Positions 22,469 through 33,718 of a stretch of DNA of 64,000 bases are shown here, piece by piece. The position numbers and the translations under genes were made by a program. The stretch is from Nitrospirales bacterium (GTDB lineage: Bacteria > Nitrospirota > Nitrospiria > Nitrospirales > UBA8639). Location of the stretch: the NCBI GenBank assembly GCA_965203295.1, contig CBDBCZ010000017.1:2176001-2240000 (forward strand). Reading direction: 5' to 3'. The stretch's first letter is position 1, and the number at the start of each line of letters is the position of its first letter. The notes under the pieces were generated by a model. That model saw only the letters and a program-made list of their open reading frames with translations, did no database searches and was not told the DNA's origin.

Positions 22469-23391
22469 CAGCGTCAACTCAGCGGGCCTATAGGTCCGGC
22501 AGTAATCGATATCTAACTTTTTGTACTAAGTTTAAGGTTTCCCCGTTCCCTGTATGTGAGCGCAGTCTCTCCTTTTTTGTGGCATTTTTGTATGGTGAGG
22601 GTTTGATGGCAGGCACTGTGAAGTGCTACTTGTCAGCGGTGCGTCACACGCAGATTGCGTTGGGGTTGGGGGACCCTCACGTTTCGGCCATGCCCCAGCT
22701 GGAATATGTCATTAAGGGTCTCAAGAAGAAGACAGCAGGTCGGTCTTCTCGGGATCGGCGTCCTATTACCCCTCCTATTTTGCGGCAGCTTAAACGGGTG
22801 TGGGAGTCGGCTGCGGATCAGTTTAATGCTGCGATGCTCTGGGCGGCGTCGTGCATGTGTTTCTTCGGGTTCTTGCGCTCCGGGGAGGTGGTAGTGCCGT
22901 CGGACTCAGGGTTTGATGCGACAGTTCATTTGGCGTATGGGGACGTGAAATTGGATAATGTGGCTTCACCTCGGTATTTAGTGGTCCAGATAAAGGCGTC
23001 GAAGACCGACCCCTTTCGGAAAGGGGTATCTATCTATTTAGGCCGGACGGATGCTGACCTTTGCCCAGTGGCAGCGGTCTTGAGCTATATGGTTCAGCGG
23101 GGGTCATCTCAAGGTCCTTTTTTTCGGTTTTCAGATGGTCGTTCATTGACTCGGGATCGCTTTGTGGCAGCGGTGCGTTCTACCCTCCAGGCGGCTGGTA
23201 TCCCATCGGCTCACTATGCCGGACATAGTTTCCGAATTGGGGCTGCAACGACGGCAGCCTTGTGTGGGGTTCAGGACTCGCTCATCAAGACCCTGGGGAG
23301 GTGGGAGAGTGCTGCCTATACTCTCTATATTCGGACCCCCCCGGAAACATTGTGTGCGGTTTCTCGAAGCTTGGTTTCCAAGACGGCTTGA
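22340..23391 (+). CDS. E2 tyrosine recombinase (ORF track 22324-23391)
   Basis: FFGFLRSGE, KASKTDPF, GHSFRIGAA, LGRW, YTLYIR. Confidence 0.95.
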
Positions 23392-23591
23392 GCTGTTCAT
23401 TAGTTGCTGGTGGATAGGTGGGGATGGTTTTTTCCCTTTGGTTTTGTATTCCTTGATGTTTTGTATCTGTGCTTCTGTTGTTGGGTATTGCTGTTTGGGT
23501 GAACTACTTCCTGGGGTCAAGCCTATTTCGAGGGCAGGCGGGTACTCAGTGCTTGGGTGAGGGGTGGCCTTGGCTTGCCAAGGCCCACCCT

Positions 23592-24235
23592 CTGGGCACA
23601 GTGGGTGTGTCCACCCAGCTGTCTCACCCCAAGCAGTAATTAGGTGCGTGGGGGAGCAGTGGGGCGGGGCATGCGGTAACCCACACATCGGACACGTGCT
23701 TGCCCAGCACTGGTGCCAATCCTTACTGGTATGGTGGGGTTTTAGTGATGTTAGGGTGGGTTGGTGGGGCGTCACCGGCGCGGCCATGACGGATTAAATG
23801 AGGGTTAATTGTGGCAATTAACCCAAGTTAATAGGTCATGGTGCTCGTGCATATCACGTGGCTACAAGGTAGCCATCTGCGCATGCGCACAGCAAGAGCT
23901 CGTGCAGCCAGGTCGAGCCAGCTACCGGGTGTGTATTCGCAGTTCCTCCCTCCCTTTGCCCTTCCCTTATGCTTAGTCTCCAGTGTGGGGAGCCTTGCCG
24001 GGGTTGAGTTCCACACTGTGATCATGTGCCTGGGCACAGTGGGTGTGTCCACCCAGCTGTCTCACCCCAAGCAGCAATTAGGTGCGTGGGGGAGCAGTGG
24101 GGCGGGGCATGCGGTAACCCACACATCGGACACGTGCTTGCCCAGCACTGGTGCCAATCCTTACTGGTATGGTGGGGTTTTAGTGATGTTAGGGTGGGTT
24201 GGTGGGGCGTCACCGGCGCGGCCATGACGGATTAA
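23592..24235 (+). repeat. E2 3' repeat block B1(23592-23797)-A2(23797-23945)-spacer-B2(24030-24235)
   Basis: B copies are 206 bp with one mismatch seen (GCAGTAAT vs GCAGCAAT). Confidence 0.95.
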
Positions 24236-24534
24236 TATATAGTAACCAAACTCTCTCAGTCTCTACAAAACGTAGCTAGCTCGTGCAATCTCACTTGCTA
24301 ACTCCAATCAAGCTTGCTCATGCTCTCCTCACAATGCCCTGCATTTACCTAGTATATACATACCACCAAAGTTGAATAACATCACCACTAGAATCAATGA
24401 TATTAGGGAATTGGATCTGTCTTTAGCACAATGATATAAAACATGGTGCTTTTACCAAGGGTGGCTTGCTGCACTCCAAGGCTGTTGTTTGTAAAGCTAT
24501 GAGCATTTGAAAACAGCTGATGTAGTAATATACA

Positions 24535-25093
24535 TACCGTAGACTCGGGTTGTTAAGCGCACCTTTCTTATAAGCGCACACTTTTTTATAAGCGCATACT
24601 TACTTCCTGGTTTTTAATACTTACTGTTATGTGCGTGCCCGATTAAACTTTGAACTTTGAGCAATTTAAGCACGAGATCGAGATCGCGACGTGCTATAGT
24701 ATTGCCGAGTGTTTCACTGGAGAGTCTCACGATGGCTACTGCTGCTGGTGCTTCTGTCCTTCCCTCGAACGGATCGGGAAAGGCTAAGAGGAAAGCTATG
24801 CAAGAGAGTTCAAGCTGACTGTTGTCAACCACTATCGTGACCACAATATTTTGTACCAGGCGTCCAATCGTTGAACGCGAAGACGATTTTGTACGCGTGG
24901 TGCCTTCGAATGATGCTTCGTGAATCAAGATCGTGTCTTCCCCCCTTGCCATGATAGCTAGCTAGCCATAGATCGAGATGCGACAAATGGGCGGGACTAA
25001 TGGGCGGTGCTAGAAATCGCTCTTTTATAAGCGCATATTTCCTTGCCGCCCAGACTTATAAGCGCATGCGCTTAATAACCCGAGTCTACGGTA
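24535..25093. mobile_element. MITE, TA-flanked (Tc1/mariner-pogo-like)
   Basis: TIR CCGTAGACTCGGGTT(G/A)TTAAGCGCA at both ends; subterminal TTATAAGCGCA repeats. Confidence 0.88.
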
Positions 25094-26253
25094 CCTTGAA
25101 GCACTGTGTGCTCCTGTGACCTACACTGGAACAGTACATTCATATTGCAGTGAGCTATATATAAGCCCTTTAATTAGGCCTCCCAAAAATTCTGGTAACC
25201 AAAAGATTGAACATGCGCAAACAACTACATGCAGCTCCTCCTTATAAAGGCAGCATTGCTTAAAACACTTGTGGGTTTGTCAGTAATTAGTAATTAAGGT
25301 GCATGAATAATGTTATACCTGTCAAGGCTAAATATTAAGCAGATTCTTCCTCTACGTCAAGCGTGCTACTGCAACAGTGAGGTGCTTGGCAGCACACCTC
25401 ATTACATGGTAGTTGTGCTGGCCGACTAACATAAACTTTGGTCTCTATTTTTGATTATAGTGATAGCCCAAAGGTTTTATGACTTCTGCAAGACACCAAA
25501 CTTGAAAAATCACCTAAATCAGCATCTCTAATTATTCCGAGAGCTAGTTTAAAAAATGGACAAGCAAGGTACATGTACCTTAAAATGTTCCCTTCTAATC
25601 AATGATGAGTCACTCCAGGTCTCAGTTCTCACTCACTCCCGGCTTTAGGTCCTAAGGCGGAAAAGGGGGGGTGGCCAGATCATTTGGGAGCATTTAATTA
25701 CAGAATCTTTGCAATGGAGAGAATCTATAAAGGTAGTACTGCTCAAAAACACTTATGGGCTTTAGAAAGCCTCCTAATTAAGATGTATAAATACCCTTGC
25801 ATCTATCCCGTATGAAGGCGGCAACTCTGGTCAATCTAATGTGAATTTCCAAATATTTTTACATTGCACATGTGCTATTGGATTCTGTTATCCACTTCTA
25901 GCAGGTAATTTAGACATTAAAGAGCGAAAAAGCTCAATTTTTGACTGGACAGATAGCCCCCCCCCCCCGCCTAATTATGCAGGCAACTAAAAATACAGCA
26001 CTGTGTGCTCCACACTGCAACAGTGCAGTCACCTTTCAATCTCATTAACAGTTGTAGGCCCTTTAATTAGGCCTTCCAAAAATTGTATATCCCACACAAA
26101 AAAGAACATTGTTACATGCAACTCCCATCTTATACAGGCAGCATTGCTCAAAACACTTGTGGGGCTGTCAATAGTTAGCAATTAAGTTGCATGAATACAG
26201 TTATATCTGCCAATAAGCCTGGAGTGCATCATTGTTCAGTCAAGTGTACTAGT

Positions 26254-27430
26254 CAACCCTCGGCGCGTGAGCGCGTGCGAGGGGTAATTACGGTAGTCGT
26301 TTTGCATGTATGTTTCAACTGACTTTGTCCCACCGAAATGTGAAGAACACGTTGTCCAGTTGTCCAGCTGAAGGTGCTGAATTTAGGCAATCGATACTGT
26401 CTCGAGGATAGATGTGCGATTTTGTACAAGCTGTAGTTGCTGAGATACACCAACACTTGCGTTCTTGCTGCTACGAGCGGCCGCCCATTTAATAACGCGT
26501 TACTGCAAGTAATTAAGGCCACGCCATATTGTGCGTTATTTAGATATCTACACATTCCCCACGCGGTGGATTTCGGTTTGAATCTCTTTGAATCGTGTTC
26601 TGTGATTGTCTTGCACTTGAAGTGCCGTGAGCTATTGATACTTTGGTCCTTGTATTTTACATGGTATAATGCTGCAAAAGTTTGCCCAAAGTGTCTTGCT
26701 CCCTGACTCCTGGGCTGCAGCTCTGTACGTGTCTCATGTTATTGCGAGCCTAGGTCTCGCTCAATTCTCGCCCAAGTTGCCACAGGGTCCGGCCAAAACA
26801 TTTAGCTTAATAGGTTATTAGAGGGAGACCTCTAACACTCTATGTTAGAGCGAGACATTAATCAAGATTTCATTGTCGACCACTTCTTAGGACGAGGTAA
26901 GTAATGTTGTGGCGTGGTAGTTGAATCTGAGCTAGTGTATGTACGGTCTTGAAAAACTACCAAAACAAGTTAGCATCAGCACCACATTACACAGAAAAGA
27001 TCAATGAAGAGCAAGTCAGGATGATATCCCTAAAAATAAGATAAGAACTAGAAGTCTCTAGCAGAAACATATCCCACACTCCTGAACTCTGCAGACTGGA
27101 AACGGCATGTGGCCCCGTATACCGTGCTCGTGTAACGCCGTATACGAGTGGTAAGCGTGACTGATATAGTAATGACATGGGTGCTTCTCTACGTATACTC
27201 TAGTATGGACACGTGTCAAGAGTCTGCATATGCTGGCCTCTGTCATATTCAAAATCTTGTTCATACTAAAATAGCGGACCTTACCGATGTTGAATAAGAA
27301 AAGTCGGACATACGGAGACAAGAATCGTTTTGGTTATTGTCAGGGACACACTCGTTGGATTTCAATTATTACATCCTGCTTTGTGATTATTATAGCATCT
27401 CAATCTCCCGTTCGAAAGTTTTGTTTTTTT
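26254..27430 (+). mobile_element. Probable Helentron-associated/HINE-like repeat; its 3' part is also at 1-490
   Basis: Starts with AACCCTCG...CGAGGGG hairpin and ends in a T-rich tract; boundaries approximate. Confidence 0.4.
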
Positions 27431-30400
27431 TATGACAGATGATGACAACAGATGGTCAAAACCAAATACTTAACCCCACTCACGTATACGCGGCACAGGG
27501 TAATGACACAACAGAACTTTCATGGATTACCACTACCATCCCTACAACCTGCCAACAGCACACACACACCACAAGCATGCTAACATCTGTATGGAAAATT
27601 CCAACAGTGCCACTACACGCAGTGTAGCCACTGGAGACTACATAAACAGGTTAGGTGCCACATATAGGCCCATTACAGGCCCCCAAAAATTGTAAGATTG
27701 CTGATTTTAATATGAGAGCGAACAGAACAAGGAGCCAGGTTTCCTCCTTATATATGCAGCACTTGCTCAAAATACTTGTGGGTTGCTAAAACTCTCAATA
27801 TTATCCATTGCAGTGCATGAATATTATTAACTGCACATATTATGGCCCTACATTGTACAGGGAGACTACAGCTCTGGTGCAAATACTACTAGTTCCGGTT
27901 TTGGTCAGCATAAAGTTTTGAGATTCACATGTAAGCATGATCTGACACGAGTTAATGTCTCCAGAGGAGGTTGGAAGCGGTCATGTACACTAATAGTGGA
28001 ATCCAATTAGCTATGCTTTCTGATGATGTCAATAAAACGTCTCGGGCATAAAGTTTAGAGACTCACACATGCATGTAAGCATGAACTTGCCATGGAATTC
28101 TCAATGAACAGCATTAAAGTAAACCTCACACCGAGGCCTTTCACCTCATACTGTAGCCATGGAGAAAAATTTGGACAAAAGGACTTTGGTATGAATTGAG
28201 GAATGTCGGGCAGTTATACAGCGGGGGGGAAGGGGGGGGGGGGTGTGGCTAGAGTCCACACATATTATTTGTCTACTTTCCATACTACAAACCAATTCTG
28301 GGTAGCAATCTAGCCAATGTGATCTACATGTACGTACGAGATCTTATAAGTGTTCTCTCTACCCTGAGCCCCAATGTCTGTGAAGGTAGATGGGACTTAG
28401 AGAAGTAGTCAGCTAACTGAATATTCAACAGTGCAGGCTGGCAGTTTAAAGCTAAATTTGTGCAAGACTCTCCCTCTTCTTATTTCATTTTTACCCCGCA
28501 CCCATATACACCAGTGGGGTTGAGCAATCTGCTGTTGTTGTACAGCTGTCCTTAAAAAAAAATTCGATTTAGAGGCTCTAAAAATTTCAAAACAGGATGT
28601 AACTAAAGAAATATAAAAATCGAGGTGTGTGTGTGTCCTGACAGTGACCTAAGGGTTCTAGCCAGCTCTATCTTGTTCAATATCAGTAAGGTCTACCATT
28701 TTAATACGGTGAAGAACTCCACTAAGGCAGAGGCCAGGCACACGCGGTCTCTTGACATGTGTTCACAGAGGAGTATACATAGAGAAGTGTCTGTGTCTTT
28801 ACTGCGGTGATCAGTCACGCCCTACGGCAGTACATGAACACGATATACTTGTCTTTCACGCTGCCAATAATTTAGGTCCAGTCTTCAGAGTCCAGGAGCG
28901 TGGGGCATGTATCTGCTGAAAACATTTATTTGCTTTTTTTGTGAGGGTGGGGGGAGGGCCTGGGGAGGGTCTAGTGAGCTAGACTAAGGGTTCTCTAACC
29001 TTTCTGATCACTGCTTGTCCAGTTCAGCATGATCTCAGGTGCCCTCCACCAGCAGTCAGTCATAGATCTCACTCACTCCTCGCTTTAGGTCCTAAGGTGG
29101 GGGAGAGGGAATATGCAATGACCAGGTCATGTGGAAGCAACTAAATACAGCAATGGAGAGAACCAATTACTACTGAGTGATGTGAAGCAGAGTGAAGTAG
29201 TATTTGGGCTCAGATCTCTCTTAGCAATCTGTACGGTCACCATTCCACACATACGCACTTATGCTCCCAATATCCAACAATCGCCACGAGTGCACATCCA
29301 AGTCAAGACATTCTGATCACTAACCGACAGCAAGGTAGGATCTGAGGATCCAAGAAGTTGAAGAGAGGACAGCAGAAGATACTACTGCTGCTATGGTACT
29401 TGCTAGGCAACAGTGTAAGTACCAGGAGACCCCAGAGGCTGACTGAGACCAGGCTCCAACGAGGGAGAGAGGTCAGGCACCACTGGAATAGAGTGTGCCA
29501 GAGAGAGAGAGAAGGGCAGTAGGTACCCCTCGGAAGAGAGGGAGTGTCATGCTTTAACTACGTACCAGAAATTCCAGTTTGTATGCTGGGAGTGGGAGGT
29601 GGGTGGGGGTGGGGGGGGGGGGGGGGGGGGGGAGCCTAAGGTTAGCAAGTCACTTGTGGGTTGGCACAGTTATCGATATTCATTCAGTCATTTACTGTCT
29701 ATGATCACTGTTCACTCTAAGTGGAGCCTGAGTGACAAGATATACAGTCACTGTGGTCCAAGTGCCTGTTAGGAACATTACCTCAATAAATGCACACACC
29801 CGGCCTGTCATACTGATGTATACCCCAAATAGCCTCGTTCCCAGTACTTTACACACCAGCTTTTATCTCACAGCCACGGGAAAAAAGTAAGGGGGAAGGC
29901 CTGGTACCACTTATCACGTGCCGTGATGCAGGGTAGACGTTTATACCCACACAATGGTACTTACATGCCCATGCACTACTGCATAGCGCTTAAATTTCAC
30001 AGGTCTTTAATTTTACAAATTTCGTGAATCTGCAAAATTATTTCTAATTTTGTCGCTTCCGACTTTACACAGATGTTTCTGTTTCAGTACTTCAAGTGCC
30101 CTCGTCCGCGATTTCTGCAGCAAACAGCCAAATCACTGCTATCTGCCAGCGCGAAGGTCAGGGAGCATACTTGAAAATGAGCACAGAGAAGAAGGCCGGA
30201 ATTGGACATCAAGCAGCAGAGCATGGAGTGCTAGCCACCACTCACTACTACGCTATTGTCTGTGTGCATTACACCCGGTTACACCCCACCCATAAATTCA
30301 GTAGTACGTGTTTAATGAATTTGCAAATTATTTAGCTATTCGCTATTTTTAGACCCACCAAATTTAAGCGCTATGTGGTAAATGAAAAACGGCATCCGTT

Positions 30401-33400
30401 GAGCACAGAATGACTGCAAAATTGAAACTGAGGGCTGTTGACTGAGATAAACAATCCTTTGGGTAGCGATTTGTGTAAGTTCCAACTGTTCACGGCTGAA
30501 AGGGACCGTTCTAGAAGGCCTGATGGCGGGTGAGAGGCCATGACAGTGAGAGATGCTCCTACCTTTTATCTAGCTGCCATAAGTGTGGGCTTATCCCTGC
30601 CTGAAGGATCGTCTGCCTCAGTCAACAGGTCTCGGTGGTGCCATTTCTGTTGTTCTGTGCTTAACAATGCCGATTTTGAATTACTAAGTGGGCATGTAAG
30701 TACACACGCATGTAAGTACCGTTGCATGGGCATATACGTAAGTCTACCCTACATCACGGCACGTGATAAGTGGTACCAGGCCTTCCCCCTCGCTTTTTCC
30801 CCACCGCTGCGAGATAAAAGCTAGGGTGTGGAAATGAGGCTATATGCCAATACTGTTTGACAACATTGGCACACGATCCGAAAGTGCCACTCCCCAGTGT
30901 GTGGATGATAACCGTCACAGTGAGCTAATATTAGCTCCATTTACTTGCCTCTCCCGAGCAGTTCACGAGATAATGATTATACAATGAATAACATTGCTAC
31001 ATAAACTTTTGTGAATAGCCTGATCATGTTCCAAGGCATTGTAGACGGAGCATACACCTCAGCAAATGGGTTTACAAGTCCTTGGGCCCTTGTAGTGTTT
31101 TCTGTCCTAGCATTTAGAATCATGCAGGCTTGTTTCCCAAGAACTCCAAGGCAGACTTCTTGTGTGCACACACGCCTATTTCCCATAATCAGTCAGTGTG
31201 GCGCCGATAATAGGAAAGTGCCGACACTTTGTCACTTACAATTACATTACATACGCATTTCATAGATAGTTCATGGGTAGTGAGTAGATGATCGTGCCCG
31301 GTAGCAGCTTGCAGTGACATCATCTGATTACATTGGTTTCAAGTTCCTCCCATGAGCAAATTCTACCATCACATCCTACATCTACATAGCCATCTACCTC
31401 TTCTCTCACCCAATGAATAAGCCATTTGAAAAAAAATAAAAAACATGCAGGGATGGAATCTCCAAAGAGACAAAACAGCACCACAATGCTTTACAAAACG
31501 CCATCCCCACATCTACTTCATGATAATGAGTTTACTTTCTAAGGGACTGAGTTGTGCCTTTTGGCTCTCCAAAAATTGTGCGCATTACCCCATGCACTGT
31601 TTCCCTGCGCAGCAGCCAACTTAAATCTCTGCTGCTGTTACAATGTCACTACAGCTGCACAGCAATACATAGTGTCATGGCAAATGAAGCCCATTGTAGC
31701 CTGGGAACGAGGCTAGCCCATTGCGCAGTAGGTGAAAGAATGACATGAGGCGGAAAGCTGCTGTGTGTGCCTTGAGACCTGACTAGGGGATGTGGCTATA
31801 ATGCTACTCAGCAACGTTCCAGACTACGCCCGATCGTGCTCGTGTTGAACCCTCAACCACATAGCTCTCAGCTGACTCCTCTCTACACTACACTGCTAGT
31901 CGACGTGAGGCAGGATCATCAACTTTTAGGCAATATCAGAAGCAGTTTGCTCCTTCCGCCTATCTAGCAGGGACACATATAGCACTAGTGTCATACATGA
32001 TTGTCAGATACACCCGTACCAGTAGTTGCTGCAGGAGCAAGCCGTTTTAAAGGACTGTTAGTAGCTACCCACCTAACCTGCCTCCATCCAACACTCAGCT
32101 ACAAAAGTGGTGATGACTGTGAAAGTGTATCCACTAAGGGTCGAGCTAGTACAGTGCACTTACGGCTAGGCTTCGGTCTTAGCTTTCCTGTTTTGCTTTG
32201 CAGTTGTTTGCAGTCGCTGTTTCTGCAGTTGTTTGCAGTTTCTCCTTTGAGTTACTGCCTCCACATGGCTCAGGCAGGAATCAGTCAGCTACACTAGCTA
32301 TAGTGGAGATTTTTAACGCAAAGTTGAGGATTGAACGTGGAGCTGCCTCTACATGTACGTGGTTCAGTCAGTAGCACTATTGCTGGCCTTGGCATATGCA
32401 AAATGTTCCATACAAGTCACTAGAGGGGACACTTCTTTTCATTTCTATCTGTATAGAGCGAGCGAGTTCAACAAGCCCAAGTAGTAGTACGAGCAAAGCG
32501 AGCACAACTACTAGAACATGTAAACCAGAGATTTAAGGCTACAAGACAGCAGTCCATTTGTAAAGTGAGACAGTGTACATGTATTCCTGCTAGCATGTAC
32601 AAAGGTAGTGGAGCCTGGGCTGGGAGTGCTTGCACTCTCATATGGACGCAGGTCTAGTATTTGCGGAGCCGCACAGTGGGAATGCGCAGCTTCGTTCCCA
32701 GGCCATATTTGGTTAGTAATACATAAAACTCATCACAGTGCCTGGTGAGTAAAGTCACACGCACAGGACAAAGAGAAAGGAAGTAGAAAGGTATAGACTG
32801 GGGGTGAGCACAGCTGCAATTCTCAGACGAGTGAAGGTAGCAAATCCGTGGCTAATCTTCATAGCCCGTTTGTGTCACAGACTTATTGCTGAAACAGGGT
32901 CTCTGGTAGAATGTAGAGAAACACAGCCATCGTTTGATTAGTTCCTACCCATAGAGATACCAGGCGCTACTAGTGAACCAGGACCAGGAAAAAGTTTGGA
33001 TAGTGTAAGGTTAGGGTACAGAGCTGTTTCAGAGACATTTCCAGAACGGTGTGATGACATGTTCTACATAACCCACCCCCAAACACCTGCATAAATCCCA
33101 TACAAGTATGGGCTTCCAAAAATTCGTTATGGATCTGATTGATAAACTGATGTTTCACATGCTCTCTGGTCTGGGAGAAGCTACTTTTATAGCCCCACTA
33201 GTGAGCAAGTCTCTTGTGGGTTTGGTACTAGTAAAGATATTCATTCACCCAGAATGTAATTATGATCACAGTAACAGTTACAGCTCACTCTCAGGGCATC
33301 AGGTGGAGCCTGAGTGGCCAGACACAGTGGCCCAGCAGGGGAGCCGGCCAGTCTGGCAGGACACTGGACCAATGCTCACGCTGAGTTTACATCATGGCTC

Positions 33401-33718
33401 CTGCTGCTGAGCGTGCTGGTAGGACTCAACGACAGCAAAGATCCATCCATCCAATTGCAAGAGCTTCGCATTTCGAAATGGTGACAAAAAGTTAGTCTGG
33501 CCCTTAAGACTACGGTAGGGTGCTAATCCTTCATCAATCGAGCCCTTGTCTAGGCTCCACCCTTTATTGAACGGGAGGGGATGAAACGATTTCTATGCAC
33601 ATAAGCCAAGTGACACTGTCCACACTACTCTATGGTATACAAACCACGTGGGATTGTGGGACTGGTGTTTCACATCTGGAGATTACTTTTGGAAGTTTGA
33701 GCTAAAGGCTCTGACACT
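26945..33718 (+). repeat. Segmental duplication copy 2 (lacks E1 and the 11437-14017 segment)
   Basis: Co-linear with 1-811, 6695-11436 and 14018-15190. Confidence 0.93.

Larger units (their letters stand above)
18462..24235 (+). mobile_element. Tyrosine-recombinase retrotransposon E2 (Ngaro-like), a second family, full length
   Basis: A1(18462-18610)-leader-gag-RT/RH-YR-B1(23592-23797)-A2(23797-23945)-B2(24030-24235); proteins homologous to but clearly diverged from E1. Confidence 0.95.
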
